From positions 1,370,174 through 1,434,173 of the forward strand of contig ML996691.1 in NCBI GenBank assembly GCA_010356995.1: a stretch of DNA of 64,000 nt, in the 5' to 3' direction. The number at the start of each line of letters is the position of its first letter. The stretch's first letter is position 1. Made by a program: the position numbers and the translations under genes. Below are positions 34,520-45,996 of this stretch, one piece after another. The notes under the pieces are model-generated. The model was not told the origin of the DNA. It made no database searches and worked only from the letters and a program-made list of their open reading frames with translations. Source of the stretch: Trichodelitschia bisporula. Its lineage: Eukaryota.

Positions 34520-35551
34520 ATGGCACCCTACATTGTTCCACTTCGGATTCCCAAAGGCATCATCGAGCACTCGCCCAGTGTGCGTGTCACACTGTGGACA
34601 GAGAGGCAGTGGCGCCAATGGGTCTCCTCCATCGAAGCGACTTGCAGGACCTGGGGTCTCTGGGACTACCTGCAGGGCTTCGAGGCAATTGACGAGTCGA
34701 ATGAAGAGCACGTCAGCCTGGATCATGAGCTCCGGGTGTGGCTCATGAAACGACTCTCGCCGCAGCTCAGATCGAGGATCGGAATGGAGAATTTCTATGA
34801 CATTCCGACGGCTCCGGCGCTGTTCAACAAGATCAAGGATGAGATCCTTCGGCGCTCGCTCAACGACATAACCCGCAAAGCCGCACAGATGAATGAGGAC
34901 CGAAAGAGGAAACGGGATAAGGAAGAGACGGACGAGCGTGGCAATGGTAAGAAAGCGAGGACTGAGCAGCCCCAGCGGGACAGGCCAACGGGCGCTGAGG
35001 CCAGCAATGCGAGTTTTGACATGGCTCAAAATCTTGCGCTCACAGTCGGTGAAGGCCTTACCAAGAACGACTGGGACTATGGGCATTGCACGACCGAGCA
35101 TATCTGCAACCGGCTGGAACTCTTCGACAACTACACCCCAGCTCTCACCGGTATCCGCGTCACGTTGCCCCTGGGTCGGTTTTTCGTTGCGCAAGGGTTT
35201 GGGTCGGTCACTCTTACCTTTGCTGGCACTGGCCGTAAGGTCACTCTCCCGAACGTGTTTTACGTACCAGAGTCGCCCATCAACGAGGTTTCGTCAAACC
35301 GGGTCCGAGTTCATCAGGGGATCTGGCTCAACAACAAGGACATGACGTTCCGCTCCATGGCGAATGACGCCATCATCGGGCACGCAGACGTGAAGCAGGG
35401 CGTAACGGTCTTTCGGCTCAAGCCGCATTCGTCTCAGCAGGTGGAGCAGGAACCTGCGGAAGAGTCCCAACAGCATCTGGAGCAGGAGTCAGCGGAAGAA
35501 TTTGAACCAGAGATCAAGCAGGAGTTCCAAGGGTTCAGACGTACGGCTTAA
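34520..35551 (+). CDS. Intact Ty1/copia-derived Gag + protease-like protein (family copy 2), without integrase or RT
   Basis: 343-aa ORF; Gag-like WRQW..IEATC..WGLWDYL; copia protease-like W....TTEHICN..LF, GFGSVTL, LPNVFYVPESPINEVS; basic KRKR patch. Confidence 0.8.
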   Translation: MAPYIVPLRIPKGIIEHSPSVRVTLWTERQWRQWVSSIEATCRTWGLWDYLQGFEAIDESNEEHVSLDHELRVWLMKRLSPQLRSRIGMENFYDIPTAPALFNKIKDEILRRSLNDITRKAAQMNEDRKRKRDKEETDERGNGKKARTEQPQRDRPTGAEASNASFDMAQNLALTVGEGLTKNDWDYGHCTTEHICNRLELFDNYTPALTGIRVTLPLGRFFVAQGFGSVTLTFAGTGRKVTLPNVFYVPESPINEVSSNRVRVHQGIWLNNKDMTFRSMANDAIIGHADVKQGVTVFRLKPHSSQQVEQEPAEESQQHLEQESAEEFEPEIKQEFQGFRRTA

Positions 35552-35757
35552 ACGACATCTGCGGATGCCATCTCAACTTTCATTATCATACAAATTTTCG
35601 GCAGTAACTTCCCTCGCACTTAGGGTGGTTACCGGTTTAAAATTTCCACTGCTTTCCTTTCGGTCTAGTGAAGTGGTGGAACGTTTGAAGATGCAGTAGA
35701 TAGATGTCCAGATGGAACAGTTCCACTCCGAACAATCTCAATGGAAGAAGACTTGTT

Positions 35758-35830
35758 ACGTGCAAAAGGCTACAGTGAAGGCGAAAGATTCGTGAAGAGA
35801 CGGAGAGAGTCGTGAGACGCTCCGAACTAC
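35758..35830 (-). repeat. Short degenerate copy (R5) of the LTR/promoter-like repeat
   Basis: CGTGCAAAAGGC.ACA..GAAG..GAGTC..GAGA.GCTC matches 24740-24822. Confidence 0.5.
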
Positions 35831-36698
35831 CTACCTTTAAACAGCTCAGGTAAACGTGGAGACTGAGTCAGAAGTGATTGTGATGGTTGTTGCTGTGAAG
35901 ATGACTATCTACTGCTTTTTACCTACCAACGCGCTGGTGCGACACCAATGCCCTGGTCTGCTCATATAACGTCACGTCTGACACATTCACACGCACGACC
36001 CGATACATAAAATGGTGATGTCCACATAGCACCTTCCAAGGGTTCCGTCTACCACTCGTACGTCATACATGAAGTAATTCCTCGCTTCCTCGGGCATCTA
36101 TATAAAATCTTCTCGACGTCCTAAAATCTATGTTAGCCAAAGGATTATGGCCGCTCCGTCCGCAAAGTACCTCAGTCAGGGCGGCCACGATTATAGCGGG
36201 TGGCCCTTGTGAGCATTGTCCGTTACCGTATTCGATGTCGGTAATCCTACCTCCCTGGCACGGGCGGCGCTTCGTGGGGTGTGGCCTTGGCCGGCCGAAC
36301 AAACACTGGAAGGTCAAATGTTCGTAGGCTTGAGACACCGGACAAGAAGATATCATAAGCAGAGGTAGGCTGGGATGAAAATATAGAAGCCAAGACTTAC
36401 ACTGGATGTAGATGAAAGCATGGAAGTCAAGACTTGCACTGGATGTACCTAAATGTCGCCTGCGCTCTCGATGGATTCTTACTCCTAACATCGCTACCCC
36501 AAACAAACTTCTCTTCAAATTTCCAGAATCTCCGCAATCCAAAGGGCCCCTCATCATTTTTCTGAGCCCCTGGTGCCACGAGGCTACTAGGGATGCATTT
36601 CACTACAACAAGATATACAAACCGCCAAATCTCGCCGAAGCTCGTCTGAGCACCCCCTGGATACAACACTCGAGTCCGTGGAAGCCCATCAGCCAAAC

Positions 36699-36904
36699 AT
36701 GGCGCCCATAAACTTCACGACTGAGGAGCTCAAGGCGAAGATTTACCTCATCATATGCTCTCCACGTCTGGAAGTCGTCCTTGATTCTGGTTCAATCAGA
36801 AAACCTTGAAGTTCAACACAATATCCGATGACCAGACAATCGGCTACGCGGACCTCAAAGACGGCGACATGGTGTATCGGCTTGCGCCTAACCAATCTCC
36901 ATAG
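36699..36904 (+). pseudogene. Internally deleted Gag-PR family copy 3
   Basis: 36785-36904 encodes FWFNQKTLKFNTISDDQTIGYADLKDGDMVYRLAP*, matching the copy 2 C-terminus; upstream leader (GAAGCCCAT..CAAACATG) resembles the copy 1 leader. Confidence 0.7.
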
Positions 36905-39269
36905 GCAGAACGGGAATGACAGCTTGAGCGAGCGGAAGAAATGCAAGAGCTAGGACATGCAGTTTAAGTCAAGTTAGAGATGTCGTGGTGGAAAAATTGC
37001 TAGATAGAACAGCTCCAATCTCAGCAAGCTTCTCCTCCATTTCATGATATCAAAGGATCGCCCGTCACTTTCACACTATTTTGCTCACACTCATGCCTGA
37101 AGTCTTCCCGCAGTGCTTGCCTCATAGTCTCCAGAATGTCACAGAGCCTATCATCCCGCACAGCAAAGAAGACTGCTCAATGGGCGCAAGGAACGAATAT
37201 GAACGTATGAGAGACAGGAATGGTCATTTAAACACCTTATGGTGAAGAGCGACTGACATTAAGTACTCACCCGCAACCATCATCCCGGGATCTACAACAA
37301 GACGCTCAAGGACAATCGACATGCGTGTGCTGAAGAGCTATATCGAGGAGAGTATGCCAGCTGTCTGGTTCAAGATTGACGACGCCAACAACATCTGACC
37401 ATTCACTACGGGCATAGGTTCGGGGGAAAGCACATCTTCAATAAGCAACCCCATCAATCAGCAACCAGAAATCTCAAGCAACCATGGCGCCTATGCACAA
37501 CGTCAATGGCAATCCCGTCGAAAGCCCGCGGCACAGGACAACGCTGTCAATTCCGATATGTAAGCGCGTTTCCGTCTCCTCCGTACCTCTAGTTCTAACA
37601 CTCGCTAGGGAATCAGATGCCATCCTCGACATCAAGATGTCGTGCCGCACAGGAGGCCATAGCCTTAATAAAGTTTCTGGCAAGCGTAAACTACTATCTT
37701 CCTCCCCTCCACCGTTTGTCCATAGCGGAGGTGCAGTCAAAGCGAAGGCACCGAGAGCCGTGAACACAACGAGTATATATTGAAATGTTGAGCACACTGG
37801 ATGATGGACTTCTTGAATTGACAGTGATGTGCATTTACATACCGACCACGCCATCCTCCCCGCCTCTCTTCGCTCAACTCACCTCCTTCCCAATGACCTT
37901 CGGTCCTGGGACAATCAAGAGGTTAGCCGCATCTCATGTACAAGGCTGAGGCGGAGGCCGGGGCTGAGGCCGTCCACCATTAGGGACTGCAGAGTGCGTT
38001 ACATACCTTGAAATCAAGTGAGCTGTATATCAAACACCGGGATAATTGAGGAAACAAGTACGGATGTATGGTGCGTCTGGCGACGCTGGCTGACTTGATG
38101 TGAAAGGAAATAACAAACTGCGATTGACCGAAGAGCTAAGACGAGGAAAAGCAAGACTGAGTTACACGTGCTGGCCTTTTGTGCTCGTCGCACCAGCACG
38201 CTTGTCTCCTTGCGTCTTCCGTCTCTCTCTATTGCATTTTCCCATGCTTGCTGTGAACCCTGTCAACTCTAACTGTGGTGTTTATACACTAATCGGTATG
38301 CCATATCGTCAAGAACATCCACTCGTTGACTTCACGCCGCCGCAAGAATCTCAGAGTTGCTCAGGTTTCGTACTCTGGGTGTCAAAAAGGTCGATGAGAT
38401 TGACGGATACGAGGCGCTTCCGCCTGCACGGCGCCATTACTAGGTACTCCGGCAAAAAGACCACCGCCATGACTACAAGTTGTGTATGCATCGGGCATAA
38501 TACCCATGCCGTCCGCTCGGTTTGCTGGAGCTTCCGAATCTTAATACGCGGTCCGTACTTGTCCATGATATAGCCGCGTTCGGTCTAGAATAGACTCTCC
38601 AGATCATTCATCTCCTTGAGGACTTTATCAAGTTCGGCCTTGTCACGGGCAACGTCTGGGACATCGAATGCACTGAATGCGTGTATGACTGAAAATACTG
38701 CTATGAAGAGGAGACGTGAAAGGTCTAGAACTGAAATGCAGGTGTGGGGTGGCAGTGGACCCTGGGCTTGGCACCGAGCGGCTGCATCATGTGGTATGGT
38801 TCAGCAACGCCCTGGCAGGGCCTGGCGTGCTGAGACCATGACAGGCCTCCTCGCCATCGCGAAATTGGCGGAGTTCTGCCAGCTTCTTCTCGGCCTTTGC
38901 CACGTTCTTCTCAGCTTTCTCAACCGCTTGTTCGGCCACTTCCACCTCATTTTTGTAGCAGTGAAGCGCTTCGTTGCTTGCTTGAAATGTTCCATCTCTT
39001 CCTTCATAGTGTTCATCTGTTTGCTTATGAGGTCCATCGCCTGTATGAGGGTCTCGGATTCGTCGGTGTTACCTTATAGATCACGTGTCGCCGTGATGGA
39101 GAAGCCGAGCCCGGTAGAAAATGAGGGCCAGCATCTCCCCGAAGCACTGGGCCTCGATATCGTCTATGGCCTTTTTACCCTCTACGATAAGAGGAGAATT
39201 GACCCCCCATGACAAAAGCTAACTGCGTCCTAAACCACATGGGTATGTGGTATGTTCCATTGGGTGAGA

Positions 39270-39452
39270 CATTTGAGCTTCGGAAGTGAACACAATATGG
39301 CCAGAGGGTGACACAATTTGACCTGAGGAAGACATAATATTGCCAGATCGGGGACACAATGAGTCCAGAGGAAGCCCCGATCCGCCCAGAGGAAGCCACG
39401 ATCTGCTCAGTCTCAGAGGGAGATACGAACTGCCTGGAGGGAGACATGATCT
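39270..39452. repeat. Degenerate ~21-bp minisatellite (~8 units)
   Basis: GACACAAT..G.CCAGAGG units; minus strand reads as QIVSPSG-like heptapeptides. Confidence 0.65.
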
Positions 39453-39479
39453 GAACCGTGAGCCTATGGCGCGGCAACG

Positions 39480-39870
39480 TGGCAACGTGCTAGATCGGCA
39501 TTCTGCAAGGGCATCGGCAGTCCCGTTGGGGAAGAGCGTCGGAAAGGCCGTGGGGAGCAAACGCTCGGATCTGTTGAGCTCCGTGACAGTGTCCATGCGC
39601 GGGCATGAAAGACGCTCATCAAAGAGAGCAGCCGGGTTGCTGAGGGCCTCTTTTGAGATATGAAGTCAAAAGTATGGTGCCGGGTTTTCAGAATGGAGTC
39701 AACCGCGTTGACTTCCGCATAAAATCGGACGTGGATCAGGCGCGCGTTCCAGCAGTGACCCATTCGAGGATGGGAGCAAGGCCAGCAATTCGTCAAATTC
39801 TTTGCGAGTGAAGAAAAGCCTGATGTTGGGCCCGCCGGCTGGTTGGACGGCTGCAGCGAGACCCGCTGCT
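39480..39870 (-). mobile_element. Helitron RepHel remnant
   Basis: TELNRSERLLPTAFPTLFPNGTAD resembles the (E)FN.S..LL..AFPTLFP.G.AD motif of fungal Helitrons; upstream SRCSR and NARLIHV fragments lie in broken frames. Confidence 0.6.
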
Positions 39871-41924
39871 TGAAGGAGATGTAGCCGAGGGGAGTGCCGT
39901 CGGCGAACTCGGAACTTGAGCCTGAGCTTCGGAAGCTAGCAGGTTAGTAACTGGTGGCACAATCCGGGTGGGTCGAGCGGCTACAGAAATGGCAGCAGCG
40001 GCACTAACGGGAACGCCCTGAGGCCGAAGCGCTACGGCAACAATGTTTGCTTTAACTGCTACGAACCCGGCCACATTGCACCTCAGTATGGGAAGCCGAA
40101 GCTGTCAATTCCAGAGAAGGAGGAAGCTGCAATGGTGGAAAAGACTCGGGCGAATCCGGTAGCTTGGGAAATACTTTTCGGCTGATGATGCGGATAGTGA
40201 TGAAGACGAAGTCTGTCCTGCGGGGGGTGACGAGAGGCGGGGATCATACGCTCCACGGGGCGAAGAAGCCGGAAGCGCTAAAGAATGCGCAAGGAACGTC
40301 TACTGCTTGCCACCCTCAAAGTGCTGCGCCGCGTTGGCGTCAGATTTTGCGTGGATAACAATGGGGGGCGCTGGTGTAAAGAAGGTGGGTTCTAGCTCTC
40401 CAGGTGCAGCAGGTGACTTGCAAAATCTGAAAAAAGATAAAAACGAAGAGAGAAAAAGAGCCAGTGACGAGGGCTTCTCCACTTAACGTACGGGCCTCCA
40501 TTTCGGGTAGTGAATGATATGAGGCCGTCGTCGCTCTCCGGGAGATAGTTGCCGAGGTGGAGACTGGAGGAGAAATATTGACGTTAGAGAAGGGATGACT
40601 GGATTGGGGTAACTAACAGAGTACGGCTTTCAGAGCTCATTCGCAGTGATGCAGTGATGAAGATGTTGGCGTTCGGGATATCTCTGTACCTCACGTCCGT
40701 TGCAATTTCAACGAGCTTGTCCAGTTTCATACCGCCGACCTTCTGCAAGGCCAATTTCGAAAAGATGAAAGGATTTGAGAGCCCAGTCGACTATCCGCTG
40801 GGGCCGACGCCGAGGCTGATGGGTGGAGAGAGAACAACGCCCAATACCACAATTTTCTTCTGTGCTTCTTTTCAGCGTGAAGCTCTGGGATAGCAAAGTC
40901 AGCGAGTTACCACCCGCGGAGTAGTACCGGCGGCACGTACCTTTGGACGGCGGACCGTCCGGTCCAACGATGCCGCTGTAAAACTCGGCGGCTGAAACCA
41001 TGGCACAGCAACTTGTACCCGTAGCAAGCGTCCAGAGTCTCCGTTCGCACATTTCGATCTTTGGAAGCCCTCGACGGATTGAGAATGAATGATGATTTGA
41101 ACGATGGGTTATGAAACGGAAGAGCGACATGACATGCCCGCGTCATCGTAAGCGAACTCAACGTGAGCGAACTGATCTATTGAAAGAACTGGCGGCATCG
41201 AAGCCGCACATATCGCCTCGAGCTGACTTGAGGGTACGTAGTGGCATGGCCAACCATCCTACGGGATGAAAGATATAAAGCGTTGAATGATGTTGAATAA
41301 TATTGAATGATGTTGAGAGGTGGAGGAGTTTGATGGATTGGCAGTGGTGGTTGGTGGTTGTTGGGAATAAGAGAGGGAGGGAATGAAGACGCAATTTAAA
41401 TATGACAAGTGGCGAATGTGGGGCACATGACGGGGTTGCTGAGGAAGGAATGAAGGGGCTGCTCAGGAAAGAGTGACGGGCGTGGGGAAAGGAGTGACGG
41501 ACGTTCTTGAGGAAGGAAGGACCCATTGACGAGGCAGCCGCGGGTGTCGAAGGGTTTGGGGTACGGGAGGATCCTGGAAGTCGCAGAGCGGTGAGAGCGG
41601 GGTAGGGGCGGGGAGAGAAGGGGATAACGTACTTTGTCAGAGACGGAGCCTATCGCCATCTCCATCACGTCACTCAAGCTAGAAAGAGCATAGCGAGTCA
41701 CTAGAATCAGCAATAGCGAAGATACCCCCTCAAGCAGAACCCAGGGAGTGCCAAATGTCTCCACCAAGCCCAGAGCCAGACAACATCACGCAAGGCAAGC
41801 AAACAGCGCAGAACTCCGATGTGGATGCGATAAGACATTAGCTAGGTACAGCTACAGGCAAGCAGAGCTTCAACTGCGTGGGGGCTGGTGTGTCGCCAGG
41901 TCCCCTATACCATCAGTGATACAA

Positions 41925-42632
41925 CTACCGCCAGCTGCGCACCCCATCGCAATCCGTTTCTGAGTACTGCGACAAGTTCGCGGACCGAGTGAATGGGTTC
42001 GTAGCCTCGAGGAGGAAGTCGAGAGAAGTCGGCGGGACATGGGAAGGCCCAGACGCCATCATGGTCGCTGCGACTGGGACGGTGGTGTCAAACAGAGGCG
42101 CGGCCACGTTGCCGGGAGTCAATGCTGAAGTCCCAATGGTGGGCGCGGGCTCTGAAGCCGCTGCCGATGTGGCTACGGCGCGGCCACGCTTGGAAACTTC
42201 GCGCTCCGTTTGGATCACCGGGAACCCGTAGTCCTTCATCCAGCGGAGCAACTTCGACGTGACGCCGCCTATAGGGCGACGCGGCAGCTTTTCCTCGTCC
42301 CAGCCCTGCCAACTGAAGCTGCGTTCGGACTGCAGATCGTGCATGACGCGCGCAAGCTCGTGCATCTTCAGCGTGCCCCACTGTTCCACTGGGACAGAGA
42401 CCTTGGCGCGCATCTCTGCTAACTGCAAGTTGAAAGACTGCAAGCACATCTGCAGCTGAAAGGGGTTAGTAGCGGCTGGGGATGGGGAAGAGGGGGTAGA
42501 AACGATCTCCTCATCAGTGTATGGGTCGGTGTGGAGACCGTGATCGGTTCCTTCGGCCGTGTGGAGATCTTCATCGGTTCCTTCGCCGGTGTGGGGATCT
42601 TCATCAGTCCCTTCGCCGGTGTGGTGAGACAT
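41925..42632 (-). CDS. Orphan 235-aa protein with N-terminal (HTGEGTDEDP)-like x4 repeats
   Basis: Intact ORF; 30-nt in-frame tandem repeat at ~42510-42625; coding-like codon use. Confidence 0.55.
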   Translation of the reverse strand: MSHHTGEGTDEDPHTGEGTDEDLHTAEGTDHGLHTDPYTDEEIVSTPSSPSPAATNPFQLQMCLQSFNLQLAEMRAKVSVPVEQWGTLKMHELARVMHDLQSERSFSWQGWDEEKLPRRPIGGVTSKLLRWMKDYGFPVIQTEREVSKRGRAVATSAAASEPAPTIGTSALTPGNVAAPLFDTTVPVAATMMASGPSHVPPTSLDFLLEATNPFTRSANLSQYSETDCDGVRSWR

Positions 42633-43168
42633 TGCGGCGATTTGAGAAGCTCTGAAGATCTGGTTGTGGTGCTGATAGTGGTGCAGATTGCGGTTGATGG
42701 CGCAGTGTACGGTTTTTCGTGTATTTGTGCGGATGTCGTTTGCAGGTATAAAAATGAACAGTCAAAAGGAGAGTCTGGGTCACGAGCTCCGGCGTCGCCA
42801 CCCCAGGCCACGTGCTATTCGTGGCGGAGCCTACGGATGGGCCATATACCGCCCGCAATATGTATGTTCCGTATAAGTCCGGGCATATCCCGCGGATATA
42901 TAGGAACAGCTGCCCAGGCTGGCAGCGTGCTGCCAGTCGCAGCCGTGTGCCGTGAGATTGAAGACCTCTATAACAGTTAGAGGGTGGAATATAGCGCAAC
43001 TTTCGTCGAGAGTTTGAATTATGAGGTCGAGTAATGAAATTGACGGTCGATGTTGTTAAGATCCAGAGGAAAGACATGGCTGATACTGGCAGGCAATGGG
43101 ACAGCAAGAATTCGACCAGAATCTGATGAATTGACACTGCCGACAGCTGCGTGTCACAAATGCCGGGA

Positions 43169-43802
43169 TCAGTCGAGTTTGTCCAGATGTTCCAGCCGAG
43201 TCAGCACGACTTGCTTGCTTGTCTCTTCGATCTCCCCGGCAAGGAACACTTCGTCGAGAATGGCATAGACCTACAGCATTAGCAATCCCGCGGCGGCAGC
43301 AGACAAAGAGCGCAAACCTTGTAGAAGTTGAAGACCAAGTCCAGCTCGCACACGTTGCCGAAGAAGGCATCGAGCACCTCGACGAAGAAGTGGATGGCCT
43401 CGAGGTACGCCAGCTCGTTATCATTGGTGTCGACGCAAGCGCAGAAGAAGAGACCCGCGTACCGCCGGTAGACGATTTTGGACGTGTTGCGAAACTCGAC
43501 AAAGTTGGACTGGTGCTTCTGGTCTCGTGGTGCGATTAGGCGGTGGACCTGGCGGTTAACTTTGACACCGAGTGAGGCTGGAGGGGAGACATACCTCGCC
43601 CTTGAGCTTGACCTTCTCCTCATCCTGGCAATGTGGGTAAGTCTATGAAGCGGTACAGAAGCATTGGAGCTGCTTACGCTGTACGGCGCATACCACTTCG
43701 CGAGACGCGTCTTCCCCCTGGAGATTGTTAATGGACCATCAGGAAAAAAAAAAAGAAGAAAACTCACTGGCGATTCTGAATCAGAACAAAAGAGAGCACC
43801 AT
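43169..43802 (-). CDS. APS2: AP-2 complex sigma subunit; 5 exons (introns 43718-43767, 43625-43677, 43549-43594, 43271-43317)
   Basis: Spliced product [65 protein letters not shown]. Confidence 0.95.
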
Positions 43803-44668
43803 TGCGGCAGTTGACGGGTGGAGAAATTGCTGACGATGTGGGGAAGCTGAGCGGCGAGTCGACGAGGTCGAGTGGATGAAGTGAAGTCGATGAAGTGCAA
43901 GCTATGGATGGCTCGTGCCACCCTTGTGCTCCCCAGTGGATATCGAGTCGCGCCAGCGGAACTGGGTTATCTTTGTTCCGGGACGGTCGCATGGCGCCTA
44001 TCGCGGATCTCGGGGAGTCGGCTAGATTATCCGCGAGGCACACTGCGATGCCTCGTCGTCTTGTTCGCGATGCTTCACCCGTAGTGTGCAATGATGGAGA
44101 GATTGAGATCTGGTTACTGGGAGGTTCTTAAGCTCAAAATCTCATAGTAATGCGACATCGTGGAGTTTAGCCATCACCGAGTATCACGAACAGTCCAGAA
44201 GCGGCATTCCAGCACACGATACCATCTTGTCTCAATTAACACATTAACACGTGAATTTCTCATGTCCAACCATGCGCAAATCCCCTCCCGTCCCTCCTGC
44301 ACTCTCAAAACAACTCCCGAACCCAACCGGCCCCGGCCCAGCCCAGCCATCCCCGGCCGATACCCACCAAAAAAAACAGCCGAGGAAGCGGCATGCCAGC
44401 GCCAGCCCGGGCTCCGGCATCAACAGCTCTCATTCAAAAAATACCCATAAGGTCGAATTGCCCGCATTGATCACTGATAAACAACTCTCCCTCCCTCTCC
44501 CCTCTCCGGCAGTGATCAGCGTATCCTTTCCCGCCCTCCACACCTCCCCGAGCTCCCCGGCCACCCCGCGCCCTCAACTTCCCGTCGCCCGACGTCACCC
44601 CGCGCCCGCCCCAGCTCTCCCCACAAACACCCCGTCCCCTCCACAAAACACCACAACCACCCCCCACC

Positions 44669-45743
44669 ATGCCCTCCACGACGGACACCATCGCCTCCGC
44701 GGCGAAGGACGTCGCGTCCACAGCCAAGGACGTCGCATCCACAGCCCAGGACGTCAAGGCCGCAGCTGGCGAGGCCACCGAAAAAGCCACCTCCGACCTC
44801 GCCAGCAGCCTGCGCTCGCTCGTCGCCGGCGGCGTAGGGGGCGTGTGCGCGGTCCTGACGGGTCATCCCTTCGACCTGGTCAAGGTGCATATGCAAACCG
44901 CGGAGAAAGGGGCGCACAAGGGCGCGCTGGATATTACGCGGAAGATTATTGCGCGCGCGGGGCCGACGGGGCTGTATGCAGGTGTTACCGCGCCGTTGTA
45001 TGGCGTTACGCCAATGTGTACGTGCTACCTCTCCTAGTACCTCCCCAATAATGCTCCAAGTGCTAACCAACCCCCCAGTCGCAATCTCCTTCTGGGGCTA
45101 CGACGTCGGCAAATCCCTAGTAAAACGCTTCAGCGTGGTAGAAAACAACTCCCTCTCCATCGCGCAAACCTCCGCCGCAGGCTTCTTCTCCGCCATCCCC
45201 ATGACCATCATCACCGCCCCCATGGAACGCGTCAAAGTCCTCTTGCAGATCCAGGGCCAACACCTCAAGCCCGGCGAAGCACCCAAGTATGCCGGGTCCG
45301 CGGACTGCGCGAAGCAGCTCCTGCGCGAAGGCGGCATCCGTTCCCTCTACCGCGGGACATTCATGACGCTGGCCCGCGATGGCCCGGGGAGCGCGGCGTA
45401 TTTCGCGGCGTATGAGGGCGTGAAGCGCGCGTTGACGCCTAAGGATGAGGCGGGGAATCCGACGGGGGGGTTGAGTCTTACGGCGATTACGGTGGCGGGC
45501 GCGACGGCGGGTGTTGCTATGTGGATCCCTGTGTTCCCGGTTGATACTATCAAGAGTAGGATTCAGAGCGCGAGTGGCAGCCCGACGATCGGGGGTGTGG
45601 TGGGGCAGTTGTGGAAGTCGGGTGGGATCAGGGCGTTTTTCCCGGGGATTGGGCCGGCGCTCGCTAGGGCGGTGCCGGCGAATGCGGCGACGTTTTTGGG
45701 AGTGGAGTTGGCGCAGCAGGCGATGGGGAAGTTTTTCGATTAA
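44669..45743 (+). CDS. CRC1: Mitochondrial carnitine/acylcarnitine carrier; intron 45018-45078
   Basis: Three carrier signatures (PFDLVK, PMERVK, PVDTIK); RDGPGSAAYF and RAVPANAATF. Confidence 0.9.
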
Positions 45744-45996
45744 AATGTTTTGAATCTGGAAGGGCAGGGTAGAGGGGGAGGGGTTGCGCGCCGGTTTTGG
45801 TGTACGATATCCCTTGACTTTTGGATTCGAGCGTTGCTGGGCAGAGGGGTGGATAGACGGCAATACACGCGTATGAACTTGGAAAACTTCTAGACATGGA
45901 TCTAGATGCCCTCTTTCAGTTATCCTATATGCTACATGTCATCCACATGTCATCGTCCGTATCCTATATGCATACATCACCCCTAAGGTCTCGCCC

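Noticed and set aside
24248..37030. Full-length autonomous LTR retrotransposon or DIRS element
   Set aside because: No integrase, RT, RNase H or tyrosine recombinase motifs seen; no PBS or PPT
37300..37440. Coding-looking fragment MRVLKSYIEESMPAVWFKIDDANNI*
   Set aside because: Too short and unassignable without a search
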